Part shown: piece after piece, positions 41,196-54,222 of the stretch
How positions within the stretch are numbered: position 1 is the stretch's first letter
Layout of the letters: the number at the start of each line of letters is the position of its first letter
Assembly: GCF_008831285.2 (NCBI RefSeq)
Contig: NC_045138.2
Location: 17,608,001-17,672,000 of the forward strand
DNA length: 64,000 bases
Reading direction: 5' to 3'
Origin: Nymphaea colorata
Taxonomy: Eukaryota
The notes under the pieces: model-generated
Seen by the model: only the letters and a program-made list of their open reading frames with translations
Told to the model about the DNA's origin: nothing
Database searches by the model: none
Program-made: the position numbers and the translations under genes

Positions 41196-42457
41196 AATCT
41201 TTACATTGATACGGTATGATGTTTTCTCCCTTCATGATTTTTGTGAGCACGCAAGCACAAACTTTATTTTAAAATTTAGAAGAGTATTTTGTGTGAGTAT
41301 ATATGGATGTTGTTCTTGAATCTACATAATTATACGCTCGCTAATAAGAAAGGAAGGAAGAATCATGGAAATTGGAAACCAAATGAACTGATATAGTGAT
41401 AAAATTTGATCAACTTTCACCAAGCAAACTGCCCACGCGAATTAACTTTATGGGTCACTTGAATGACATTCAAAGACACTGTTTCAGGGTTAAAAACAAC
41501 ATTATTCTAGTTTTGGTTTGTCACTTAGATAAATAAACTAAGTTTTTGGGACTAATTAAAAACTTGGTTTTCATAAAACTACCTTAGATGAGGATATCAT
41601 CCAAATACCCTTTCAAGTCTTCAAAAATATTAGAAATATCAATGGATCATATTAGGATTTATCATATGATATCCTGTTTGATCATTGCATAGCAGTTGTT
41701 TGTTATGTCCTGTCAAATGTGATCGTGAAAGGTCCCAACCACCTGATGACACGTGGCACACATTGTGCCATATGTCGTCAGGTGGTTGGGTACTTTTCAA
41801 CCAAGGGCATAGCACCAGGTGGTTGGCCTCTTATGTGACTATTTAGGTATTGCTTAAGTTGACTTTGAGTCGCATTTGAAAATCCATAAGTGAAATTTAT
41901 ACAACCATAGATATCGCTGCACCTGAATGTGACCTCAAAAAATGATTGAACAAGAAAAATCAACTCTATAATGTATCTACACTTGATTATATGCTATGGA
42001 AATCCAGTTTTTTTTTTTTTAATCGAACTAACTAGTAGAATTCAGAATCGAATAAAATATCAGATTATATCTGACCAATTGACAACCCCAAAAGATATGT
42101 GCAACATTTCAAAGTGTAAACTGACTTGGGAATAGTTTTGTATACATCAACAATTTGGAGAAAAGATTATGAATATATATAAAGCTTCTTACAAGCCTTA
42201 TGTCATACATACTTTTCGCAACCCTTATGATTTGTGATTCATGTCTAAATGATTTTCACGTTAGTTAATTAAGGTTATTATCGAAGATTCAATACAATAG
42301 AGCATGTTCGAATCGCAATGGCGTCGGTAAATAAGATGGCAACAAATAAAAACAAACCAGTCTTCTTCTCCGGCTCGGGTTAATGTATGAAGAAGAAAAG
42401 ATGATGCAAACCATTCTGTGATTGATGATAAAAATGGAGTAATTAACAAATTTTCAG

Positions 42458-43453
42458 TCAGTTGATCGATAAAGTCGCCATGGATGGACGCCTGTGCCGC
42501 ATGATCTTGGTACACTTGGCGCGGCAGAAGAACTGCTCCTTCGCCCAGTAGCGCACAAGCTTCATGTAGGGGGCGAGCTCAATCCTCCCCTCTTGCAGTG
42601 CTCTGTCCAACCGATCCATCACGTCCTCCACGGCGAGGTCAGCGGCGGAGCTCTCCAGCACCACCCTCGACTCGCCGTCCACGCACTCGAGCATCTCCTC
42701 CACCTCCGCCTCGAGGCCGCGGACCGCCTGGTTCTCCTCCAACCAGTCCTGCAGCATCTCTGACCGCCAATTCACGGCCTCGGTTCTCTCTTGGAGCAAG
42801 AACCTCTCGCACTCCAGCTGGGCGATGGCGTCTTCGAGCTGCTGGGAGTGGTCCCGAAGAAGAGATTGCCGGGCGAGGAGCTCGTTGATGTCGGCGGTGG
42901 ATTGCCGGCGGAAGGTCGCGACGTCGTAGAAGAGCGCGAGGGCCAGCCGATCGATCGCCTCTTGCTTCGAGATGAGAAAGGGATTTGGGGGACGGCGGCC
43001 GGCGGTGGCGGAGGAGGGGGGAAGGGGAGAGTATAGGCGGAGGATGCGCTGAAGGTTGCGGGCGAGGTCCGGGAGGTTGGATGACGGGTATTTCCAGGAG
43101 AGGAGGTAAGGGGTGAGAACGGCGCCGGTGGTGCTGTCGACGAAGGGGTGGTCTTGAATTACGGCGGTGGTGGCGGAGAGGAAGGCGAGGGGAGGGGCGA
43201 AGGGGTAGGTGGGAGGCAGCCATATGGTGAAGGGGGTGGAGGCGATGGTGCCGGTGGCGGAGAGGAGGTAGAAGGTGGCGCCGTCGTCTGCGGTGAAGTG
43301 GTCGGCGCGGGGGGAAAGGGAAGAGAACTCGTTGAAGAGGGCGAGGAGGTCGGCGCGGATGAGCCACTTGAGCCTGTGGTGTGTGTAGGAGAGGGAGAAG
43401 GAGCCGCTGCGGGCGAAGGCCGTGTCTATGAATCGTGCTGCAGACGGAGCCAT
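42458..43453 (-). CDS. VPS23: ELC-like / VPS23 (TSG101) ESCRT-I subunit, copy 2; intronless, 331 aa
   Basis: Colinear with copy 1 over its full length; UEV, coiled coil and steadiness box (SAADLAVEDVMDRLDRALQEG). Confidence 0.9.
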   Translation of the reverse strand: MAPSAARFIDTAFARSGSFSLSYTHHRLKWLIRADLLALFNEFSSLSPRADHFTADDGATFYLLSATGTIASTPFTIWLPPTYPFAPPLAFLSATTAVIQDHPFVDSTTGAVLTPYLLSWKYPSSNLPDLARNLQRILRLYSPLPPSSATAGRRPPNPFLISKQEAIDRLALALFYDVATFRRQSTADINELLARQSLLRDHSQQLEDAIAQLECERFLLQERTEAVNWRSEMLQDWLEENQAVRGLEAEVEEMLECVDGESRVVLESSAADLAVEDVMDRLDRALQEGRIELAPYMKLVRYWAKEQFFCRAKCTKIMRHRRPSMATLSIN

Positions 43454-44824
43454 GGCGTCCTCCTGTAGTATAGAGAGAAGCCGAGGAGATCGAGTTAAGT
43501 ACTCAACACTGCTTCTCTTATTGTTGAGACGGTCAAGCTCTTGTTCTCATCTATTTTTATAAATCCCCTATAGATTACATCTCGAAATCTTCAATTTATA
43601 AAGATTTCATTCTTTGGTGTTCTAGATTTTCAGTTTTCTAAGGCAGAGAGAAACTAGTTGGCTAGTTGATCTTGGATTATCTGCACAGGTGGTAGAAAGG
43701 CCATACAATTTTTAATTGCAGATTTTCTCGGTGTCAAATTCTTCCTTGTTTCTTTCTGGTGTGAGTTCAGCAGCTATGGAGGAAGTTGACCAGCTTAAGG
43801 AAATTTCTAATCTTCTAAAATAATAGGGGTTCATTAATAAATTTTAAAAGTATACTCTTAATAATTAGCAAGATTTTAGAGTTTCTCTTGCTTCAAGTGA
43901 CGGTCTTCAAATCTTAAATCTAGCAGCATAGTTTCAAAAGTTTTTTTTTTATGCATAGAACAGAATTTTCATGAGCTCAAAAAACTGGATTGTTGGATTT
44001 GAAACCCTTATAACATGAATCATTTTCAATACAAAGATAAACTATGCCGTTACTTTTACGAAAAACCACGCTTCAAAATTTTAATTACATAAAGGTGCAA
44101 CTTTTATGAAAATTTCCTTCCGTCGTCTTACCAAATCTGAAAATTGCTAGATGGTAGCGTACTCATTGAGAAAGCTCAGACAACACAAATGGCTGGGATG
44201 GGACTCGATCCAGGGTCTGAACCGTTTAACTTTGAATTTTTATTAGATTTCTGCACATTATTATTCCATCCAACAAAACAAAATAGGTAAAGCAGGAAAA
44301 CCTATTAAAAAAGTTGTATATGAAAATATGTAATTTAATATGGTTTTGAGATATTGATGGAATTAAATTATCTGACCGAGTCAGATTTTATATGTATTTA
44401 AATAATCGTATCAAAATACCTACATTTCTATAGTTGACGGACCAACGATTGGAGGAAAGACATTTAGGGCTCCTAATCTTGACCTGGTGAGTCAAGTCAA
44501 AGAACTCAGAGGACTTCCTATCCCTTTCAAACATAAATGTTGGTTATCACGCATGTCACCATTTGTAGTTAAAAAAAAAAAAAAGTCTAAGCGCTACTAC
44601 TTAGGCTGACCAGCAATGCTACGCTCCTCGGGCCAACTAAATTTCCAAACAATTAGTTTAAGAACTGTTTAAAACCTGAAACTTTTAGGAGGAAAGTCCA
44701 ACCTTAGCCCGTTGACAGCCAGTACACAAGTCAAGTTGTGTCGTATTTTTGAATTTTGGAATTCAAATATCATGCCATAGTTTATCGTTATATTTAGTCG
44801 GACAACATGTGTTTGAATTATTTT

Positions 44825-44970
44825 AAGGGGCAAATCACAGCTGATCGGATGGGGAGTCGGGAAGATCGATTGCATGTCGGAGGTTTGATTCTCTTGTGGG
44901 CGCTAGCTATGCTCTTGGGCCGGCCATGTGAGGTGGAATGTAGCACTAAATTGCTGGTGCACTTTTTTGA
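44825..44970 (+). mobile_element. SINE-like remnant
   Basis: A-box-like CAGCTGATCGG and B-box-like GGTTTGATTC followed by TGGGCGCTA, as in the 41-kb copy. Confidence 0.4.
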
Positions 44971-46759
44971 TATAAGGTTCTAATGCAGCCCTAAACCCTA
45001 AAGGCAGGAAGAGACTTAATTTTTAATGTGGCGGCTCTCACTCATTCATGTACGAAATCTCAGTTCAAACATATGAACTTGCGCGTATGGAGCTAGCCAA
45101 GTGCTTAATGAAAACCTTACAAGTATGGCGAAGGTGGCTGTAAAGTCGTTCTGCTATTTTATGACAATCCCATTTAAGATGTTGATGGTTCTACATGAGG
45201 TCTCAATGAGCTCATGTTCAATATCCTTTTACAATGACAATTTCCAACTGTGGGCAAATCCTTGAAGCAAAGTTAGATCAAATGCCTTTAGAATAGGTCT
45301 AAATTTGTGAACCTGCACATCATTCAAGTTGTAATCAGTTATAGCTTTGATCACCAACTTGCATTAGCTAAGCAAACTCAGTTCCCCTCATACAATGGAA
45401 TCTCAATTTCGCATATATATATATGCATATCTACTTAAGAGAAACCACTTTCAGCATAAAATTGTCAAACCTTATGCCTCTAAAGTTTTTGCTTACTTGA
45501 AGACCTATGTGAACTTGTGGTGCACCATACCGTTCAACTTGAGTGTTGTGTTTGTCACTGTTTGCATGATAAATGAATAACGCACCAGAACACGATAGAA
45601 GCCATATATAATTTGACCATCAAAACCCTTTAATGTAATCCACCTTGGCGCTTGGTTGCAGAAGCTTAAGGATAACACTATAAGTTTTACAAATATTATA
45701 TGGGTCTTATATAAATTCATGGTCTCTCTCTTTCTTCAGAATTTTAGTTAAGTACATGAACAACGTTCGTCGATATCCTTCTTCCACATTGATTGCTTTA
45801 TAGAGAAAGCCCTTCGAATCTTAATGTCATATTACATTCAATTTCTCTTCTTTTAAAATATAAAAAACTGTTTTCCAATGCAAAAATTTAACATTTATGT
45901 TAGGGACGTGGATGTATGGGATATCTCATCGAACTGCTTCCAAGTTGGCCAGAGGCAAAAAGAATTATCTTTCGGCAGCAAAAATGTATCCGATTTAGAT
46001 TTATGAAATGACATTCAACCGGATTCAGATTCAGTTCTGAGTAAATTCCAGATAGGATAATAAGCATCATTATGGCAAGCTATCTTTTTTTCATATCCAA
46101 TATTCATATATACATTTTGAATTCACTTGTGAATCCAAAAATTATATCAAGATTGGATCCAAGCTATAAATTCTGACGTAAATATGGTCTACACTTTTCT
46201 TCATTCGTGTCTGAATCTAAATTTGAATCCAAATTAAGATGTACTTGTACGTCCCCCATTTTTGCAGCCATTCTGATTGAAACAGGAAAACTGCCAAGAT
46301 CAGAGGTAGTATGGAGTGGATTTAAAGCTTCAAGAGGAAGAAGGTGAATGAGGAATGACTACAAGGGAGAGAACCAGGAAAGATAAAGCTGGTGCAGTTT
46401 GACGTCTCTCTCTGCAACTTTTTTAACGAAAGCAAGTTGAAGAAAGTATTGGCTCTCAGGATGGGAACGAAATTCACATGACTCGAAGAAACTGCAGCAG
46501 TTATCATGATGAAAAAGAACAATAAAGCAGAGAAAAGATGCACCACTTTAGCACAAAGAACTAGTTTTTCATGATGAGCATCGCGCACACGCAGGTCACG
46601 AGAAGAAGTTAATGACATTTTTACTTTAGATTATAATAGCAAACCAAAACCATAGAGATATAAGGTGTGGCACTCGGTTCGAGGCGAAGGTAGGGGAGCT
46701 AGCACGGGCCGTTGGCTTTTTAGAAGATCAAATTTTATGTGTAAATTTTAAAATGTTTA

Positions 46760-47345
46760 GTTTATTGTGTATAAAAAAAGTTGAAAAAGTAAATTTTAAT
46801 TCCGGTTAAAATTTTGAAACTATAGTTTAGTTCCTGTAAGTCCAATTCCTTACCCTACCGCTGCCTCGAGTGGTTTTATAACAAAAACTATTTCCATTAG
46901 GTAAACATTCAAAAAAGAAAATACCCTTCCATTTTAGACAAGTCAATAGGGAAATTTTCATTTTCACAAAATTTTTAGTTTGATGTATGTAAAAAAAAAA
47001 GTTGAAAAAATAAATTTCAACTAAGGTTAAAATTTTGAAACCATAGTCTAGCCCTTATAACGGCAAATTCCTATCTCTACTGCTGCCTTTGGTGGTTAGG
47101 CAAACATTAAAAAAAAATTACCCTTCCATTTTAGACAAGACAGATTGAGAAATTTTCATTTTTTTAGTTTAATGTATATAACAAAGTTGAAAAAGAAAAT
47201 TTCAACTCCGGTTAAAATTTTGAAACTATAGTTTAGTTCTTATAAAGGCAAATTTCTATGTCTACCACTACCTTTGGTGGTTAGGTAAACATTATAAAGG
47301 AAATTACCCTTCCATTTTAGACAAGACAGATTGAGAAATTTTAGT
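46760..47345. repeat. Three ~190-210-bp tandem units spanning the right end of a MITE plus its flank
   Basis: AAAGTTGAAAAA, GGTTAAAATTTTGAAAC and TACCCTTCCATTTTAGACAAG each recur three times. Confidence 0.88.
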
Positions 47346-48118
47346 TTTCAGACTCATTTCCATTTAACTCATTTGAAATAAATTAATTATATTTTGAGAT
47401 TATTATAGTGGGACTCACATTTTTGCATTAGAAATGTTAAATTAGAATTTGAAGTAATCTTTTTGGGAGGCCAAAAAAAAAAGGCAGTTTTAAATTTCTT
47501 TTTTTTTCAATATTATTGATGTCGTTGAATTACTTCATGCCTTTAATTCATTGTGTTTATGAGATGTGTGTTTGCGTCAATACAAAAATTATTTAAAAAG
47601 TAGTGGCTTTTTTTACAATTATGGGTAAATGCTATGAAAAAAAAATTCCAAATCTACCTGTTTGTCCATGTAGAGATAGAGAATGGGAAGCAGAAAGAAC
47701 AAGAGCAGTAGAGTTCCTGGTAGCGATGATGGAACACCTACCTCTCTCTTGTTTCTCTCCAAATACAAAGAGCAATTGATCCTCATGCCTTTGCCAATTA
47801 CATAATGTGTGTTTGAAACTTTAGAAGAAAGTGCAACTTAGTGTGAAGTCAGAACTGTGTGTTCTCTTTTAACATGCAGAAGCAACCTCCAGAGTTTCAT
47901 CACCTACCAACAATTTCATGATGGAGTAGGAAAGTTCTAAACCTCAGTAGCCAGTAAATAAATGTGTCGTGGGAAGCAACATGTGAGGAGGAAGTAAAGA
48001 AATAATTGTTTTGAGATATATATTTGTTGGAGTAAACCTAGAGCAATGCACAGGTTCAGGTATAGAATATAACAGACCGGATACCAAATTTTTGCTTCCA
48101 AAAAATAACATGATTAAG

Positions 48119-48270
48119 CAGTGGCGGAGCCACATATAGGTTGGTGGGCAGTTGCCCACACGAGCTTCTCAATTTTCTTTCATTTTTACGTTAAGATCGT
48201 TTAATATTTACTTTGTTATACATGTAAGTGTCCGTTCTCCAAAAAAAGAAAAAATTTGGCTCTGTCACTC
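48119..48270. mobile_element. hAT-type MITE
   Basis: 8-bp TSD TGATTAAG (48111-48118, 48271-48278); TIRs CAGTGGCGGAGCCA / TGGCTCTGTCACTC. Confidence 0.85.
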
Positions 48271-49263
48271 TGATTAAGAGTAGTGATTCAATATTCACAA
48301 TGAACAACTTGTTTTTTAAAATAAAAACATAGTATGATTGGATCAAATGTTTTAAGAACGCGTTTTAAGAACATAATGGTACGTTGTGAACCGGCCAAAA
48401 GTATTAAAATAATATTTAAAATAATGAAAATATCGAAATTGTTAAGAAAATATGAAAACCTAGAAGGTATTTAAGAAGAAATTTTTAGTTGATGCATGCT
48501 GCTCCTCCTGGATCGGACACCGAATGAAATGGATTCGACTCGACCCACTGAGATGTGGACGGAATTGCGGTCCCAAAAAGTTGGTGGGACGTTGCTTTCT
48601 TCATGAGGTTCGCCACCGACCCTTGACTTGCACCACTAGAGCACAATGTCCAAAATGCCCTCAAATCCAATGCCTTTGTCCCGAGAATTGAACCGGGTCT
48701 GTTTCGAGTTCTGTTGTATTGGATCCAACAGTGCAAGTGGACCTCGAATCACAGGTCCAGTTATGGATCCGGAATGTCATTGATGAAGTTCAGCCTTCCG
48801 TGTCCTTGAAGGGCCTTGCCATCCCCATCCTCCTCATTTTTTATTTAATTTACAATTAAATTAAATAAAAAAATCAGTTGTCTTATATAAAAATTTTAAA
48901 AAAATGACATTTCGGTCTATATCAAAATTTAGAAATTTTAATTGGCCTTTCCTCATGAAAAAAATCCGACTTTGCCCCTGCACGTGATGAACGGGATCCT
49001 TTTCCTGATATAAAGACGGGATCAGATCCGGTTTGTGACCAATCTCAACCTGATTTAGACATCCGTGATTTTAGTCATATTTGATCCAAAATCCATCGTC
49101 AATATGTGATCTGGTAAGGTTGCACCTGCCATGAAGTTAAGTTGTTAACTTGGATCCAATGACACAAAAAACCCGATCCAGAATCCGGATGTTGCTGGAC
49201 CTAATTCATCAGTCCATAATCCAAAAACAAAGAAAAAGAGTGACCTCTTTGAGGAGGTCCCCT

Positions 49264-49402
49264 TTAAGGTTGTGTTTGATAAAATGTGTGTTTTGGGATA
49301 TCCTCATTCTAAATAGCAGTTTAACATGGTTTTAAGATTGAATGGGGAAGGGTCCGACCTTAAATTCATGGATCTGTGATCTTAGAGATCTACTTAATCC
49401 GT
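49264..49402. mobile_element. Tourist-like MITE; relatives at ~51126-51372 and ~59500-59680
   Basis: Ends TTAAGGTTGTGTTTG / CAAACACAACTTAA with TTA/TAA flanks. Confidence 0.65.
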
Positions 49403-52115
49403 GGTGAAACAAACACAACTTAATATATATATATATATATATATCGTCTCCGCGCAATCTCTCTCTTCATTATAATGCCACAATCCCACTTGGAGGATTG
49501 TAGAAATTGTTCATCAAACACCGGATTTATGAGGGCAACGGATGTACCCTTACTTCACCTTGAATGCAACAGTAAGGTTGATTTCAATGTTCATTTTGGG
49601 CAATGAATGTGTGTGGACACATGGAGGTCTGAAGCTGGTTGGCTTGTCCGACGTCTAGTGAAATTAAAGCTTATAACCAGATGTGGCATGGTTTGAATGA
49701 TATAATTTGTCCCCTCAAACAGGAGACATAAAATCCGGACTTTGACAGATAACAGACCCTTGATTTTTATTTATTTATCCTTTATGACCAACCTCAAGAT
49801 AGGCACATTTCAACCGAAAACGATTGACCGCCTTGCCCTCGAGCATTCAAGTCAGTGCGCATAAACTTAATTACAACAGTACCCTTACCTTTTTATGAAG
49901 ACAAAGTTGTGAAGATTTTTTTTCGCTTGAATGAGGTTGTTATATTTATTTATATCGGTAGTAGAATATGTTAATTGGAGTGGTTAGGTGGTACATCATA
50001 TGTGCAGAAGCATCTGATGAAGACTTCAAAGTACCAACTATTCTAACTAAACCATATGAGAAATGGATAAATAATTATTCTAGATTTTTATTTTAGCCAT
50101 TATTATTATTATTTAATATGTATTTTAGCCATTATTATTATTATACCACCAAGGATCTGGTGCTACTGTTATTATCAGATGGGTCCTAAAAAAAATGAAA
50201 AAAAGAAAAAAAGTTGGAGCGGGAGTCAAATTAGGGTTAATTATCATTTGATTGGAGTTGTATTATTATATATGTAATAGGATAGATCAACCCTTAGCTT
50301 TGGATTCCAAATTTTGAGCAAAGGCACGCATTGGATCTTCCCACCCTTTTAATTAATCACACGATGATTGTGTTCCCGAATCCCACGACACCGGATTCAG
50401 CGGAACATCCGACCCGGATCCAAGTTGCTGGCATCCCTAATATTATGTTAATGTCACTACACAAGCACTCATTTATTTTTCATACTTTAATATGTTGCAA
50501 AAGTAATATCCGTTACTCTATCTTTGACCGCCAAAGGTCGATCCGTGAAGCTGGTCAAATCTAAGCGGCTAAGCCCATGTTATTCTCTGCGTGGTCAAAG
50601 GTCAAAACCGGGCATATTTTGACAAGGAAATATAAATTTAAGAGTAAAAATTTGACATAAAATATGACTTCCATGGAAAGCTTCCGAAAATTTTCAGGAA
50701 TACGCTTGTGTTTTATGTTACTAATTTTTTTTTTTTCTTTTTTAAAACGGATCCTGTTGTCCCAATTTTTGGTGTCATCTTAGGCAATGTTTTCGGTCTT
50801 CTTTGTCCTAAGGCAAACAAGCCAAATTTTAACAAAGACAGAAACATAATTTCTCAAATTTTTTACATAAGTTAAGCTAATAAAATTTAAAATTTAAAAT
50901 TTATTTTTTAAAATTCCAATGGAGGGGCATGGCTCCTGGTGAACCCCTTGCCTTGGTCCTTGCAAGTCGAAACATATGAAAATGACACCGACACAGCTCT
51001 AAACCCTAAAAGCTCTAAACCCTAAAAGCAAGAGAAAGAAAATGTTTCAACTTTTGATCCGACAATGAAATTAATCCTTCCACTACTCAAAAGAAACTGG
51101 TCCTTGACTTAAAGGATTGATTAACTTAAGTCGTGTTCGTTTCACTACAGATACATTTGTGGTGATTTGAAATCATAAGATTTTAGATTTATGGATTCTT
51201 TCAAGTCCAAAGCTGCATAAAAATGTGTTTTGAAAAATCCATAATTTAAAAAAATTATGGGATAGGAGCAAAATCTATGCTATATGTTGAAAACTATGAC
51301 TTTAAATCCATAAATATAAAATCCTAAGATTTGAAATCACGTCATACCCTCATTAAAACAAACACAATGTTAAGACAGAGATTTCCATTGATCTCCCTCC
51401 GAACTGCTTAGGAGGCAAAGTTGGGTTTAGATAAAATGACTATTATGCCCTTGGAATCATTATTCTAAACTTGATGCCCACGTCAGCAGAAGGCGAAAGG
51501 AAAAAAAGCGTTGAAATTTATGGGAGCGAGGCAGGGTATTCAGGTAATTCGAGCTGAAAGCAAGGCCCCTGCTCCCCGCCACCAAACCAACGGTCGGTGG
51601 GATTCCGCGTAAGCCGGGAAAGTTTTCGGAACTGGTGGTCTAATTTTAAAATTCGAAAAAAAAAATTATTATCTCCCCTCCTCGATCCCCACTTCAAGAA
51701 GAATATCGTAAAGAAGCTCGAGCAATTATTAATTATTACGATCGCAACGAGGAAAATATTTAAAGCTAAAAGTAATCTCGTGAATATATTAAAAAGAGAT
51801 TAATTTATTAAAAAATAAAAACTCTTAGTACACAGCTCTTTCCTATCCCTGCAAGATACAGGAAATTACTGCGTCTAATTCAAGTAGCAATTATTATTGT
51901 CTCCATTTTTGAGTTTTTTTTTTTACTTTTTTTTTCTTTCTGCTTTTGGTATATCTGCATCAGAATACATCACATCGCCCTTTTAAAAAATGGGGATGGC
52001 GAAGAGAAGAAAAAGTAAAAGATGGTAAGAAAAAGAAAATTATGAGGAAGAAGGAAACTACAGATGATGGCGACTTGGCTCTGGTTTTTTGTTTTTCTTT
52101 TTCTTTTAATTTTTT

Positions 52116-53496
52116 TTATTGGGGTTTCTCTCGCAGGACGGAGGCTAGTCCGGCGACGATCTTGCCTTCCTTTTGGGTGCCCTTACTTTCGAGCGGCGGC
52201 GGTGTCCATTCCGTCACCACCACCCTTATTTGACCACAGCCACGGGCATTGGGGTCCTTATGCTCGCAGCGGTTGCCCACCGGACGCAACTGGAAGTCGC
52301 CGGAAAAGGCAGCGGTGGGGAAGCCCGATGGCTTCACGGCGATGAAGGAGAGGTGGGGCGTGGGGTTGGGGCCGGCGGCCTTCTTCTCCTCGACGGCCGG
52401 CTTTGTCCTCTCGTAGGGGGAGAGCCATTTGGCGCGCACGTACTCCGGCGACCGCCAGGGCGGGAAATGCAGCCCCTTCCGCTTCAGCGACTGCCTCGCG
52501 GCCTCCGATACGATTGTGACTATCTGCTGGAGGCGGTCCAGTTTGCCGACGAAGGTGGACGGCAGGGAGTGGAGCACCGCCCGGTAGTGACTGGTGGACC
52601 GCGCTATCTCGAACTCTGACTTGAAATCGACGTCGACGATCAGTCTCTCCGGCGCCTCTCCCGCCGTGGCCACGATGACGTCGATATATTCATGCTCCCC
52701 TTCAACATATAATCAAAATCAATAAACTCTTGTAAATCCACTTAACAGGAAAAAACATAGAAATGAAAAAGGGAAACGGGAGGGAATGAGGATGGGGAGT
52801 TTACCGGCGGGGTGGGAGGGAGTTTGGTCCCATTTGGATTTACAGATGGAGGCGTCGTAGCCCAGAGCAAGGAGACCCTCCGCGACGGATGCCTTCAAGG
52901 AGACATTCTGTCTGCAACTCTTGCTCCTCACCTCCACCAACCTCGCCGTATCAGCTAGAAGGTTTCTCTCAGGTACGCTCGCACACGATACCAGACTCTT
53001 CGAAAGAAGAAGAGGCGAAAAAATTCCAAAAATCAAATAGCGAAGAGAGGGAAAGTGCGGAAATGACGACAATTTATTGTATCTCGACGGGATAAGCTAC
53101 CCTTTCAGTTTTCACGAGAGTTTTTTATGATTTTTCTATTACCTTGAGAATCTCGGTGGCATCGCCGGAGAAGAGTCGCGACTCGCCGGAATCATGATCG
53201 TCATCGGAGCTATCGCTGCTATTGAAGCAGTTGCAGCGGGAGCGTCCGCACTTCACTTGCTTATCGGTTTCTTCCAAGAAATTCTGGACCATCTTGGCGA
53301 GGCAGACGGAGCTGGGCTCGATCTCCGTGACGCCGTGGGGCTCCTCGGCTCTTTTCGACGATGAAGTCCTCAAGATGCTCGGAAATTGACGCTCGAGCAT
53401 GCGCTTCAACCGAGACTTCGCCGCGGGCATAGCCAGGAGGTCATTGGCCTTGATCAGTTTCTGGTCGCCAGAATCCTCCACCGGTTGGATCTTCAT
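52116..53496 (-). CDS. DUF506 (PDDEXK-like) family protein; exons 53496-53143, 52997-52805, 52699-52116
   Basis: MKIQPV...AKSRLKR...EPSSVCLAKMVQNFLEE..KCGRSRCNCFN, GYDASICKSKW...PA|GEHEYIDV, DVDFKSEFEIARST, GLHFPPWR..EYVRAKWLS. Confidence 0.93.
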
Positions 53497-53520
53497 GGAG
53501 GGCAGCCTTCTAGGGAGGCT

Positions 53521-53631
53521 CTAGACCTCCATTTTTCTTTGTTCACGAAGACGTCCAACAAAAGGAAAGGAAAAACAGGTTGCCCGATGCTTGCTGAAGA
53601 AGGAAGAGATGCAGCAGGCGAGAAGAAACAT
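53521..53631 (-). other. Upstream ORF (36 aa, MFLLACCISSFFSKHRATCFSFPFVGRLREQRKMEV) in the DUF506 leader
   Basis: ATG at 53631 to TAG at 53521, ending 24 nt before the main ATG and in the same frame; translation is not shown. Confidence 0.6.
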
Positions 53632-53721
53632 AAAAGAGGAGGCTTCGAAAGCAAGGAAAACAGGGATAGGAAATATTCGGACTCCAAGAGAATTTTTTCC
53701 TTCCGGCGGGATGAATTCTGA

Positions 53722-54222
53722 ACGGCGAAAGGTCTCGACGTCGTAGAAGAGCGCGAGGGCGAGACGATCGATGGAGACTTCTTGCTTGGAGACCAGAGAA
53801 GGAATCGGGTGGCGGACGACGGTGGTGGTGGAGGTGGGGAGAATGGGAGAGTATAGGCGGAAGATGCGATGGAGCTTGTGGGCGGGGCAAGTTTGAGGAG
53901 GTTGGCTGAAGGGTAGGTCCGGGAAAGGAGGTAAGGGGTGAGACGGCGCCGGTGGTGCTGTCGACGAAGGGGTGGTCTTGAATTATGGCGGTGGTGGTGG
54001 CGGTGACGGAGTGGAAGACGAGGGGAGGGCGAACGGATAGGTGGGGGGCAGCCAAATGGTGAGAGGAGAGGAGGCGATGGTGCCGGTGGCGGAGAGGAGG
54101 TAGGAGAGAGAAGGGAACTCGTTGAAGAGGGAGAGGAGGTCGGAGCGGATGAGCCACTCGAGCTTGTGGTGGCCGCTGACGGCGAGGGCCGTGTCTATGA
54201 ATTGTTCGGCAGATGGAACCCT
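53722..54222 (-). pseudogene. VPS23: ELC-like / VPS23 pseudogene, copy 3 (5' half only)
   Basis: Start codon is AGG (54222-54220); two in-frame deletions and at least two 1-nt frameshifts; homology to copy 2 stops after LALFYDVETFRR. Confidence 0.9.

Noticed and set aside
53543..54157. 204-aa ORF read as an intact gene
   Set aside because: It drifts in and out of the VPS23 frame through pseudogene frameshifts and begins at GTG
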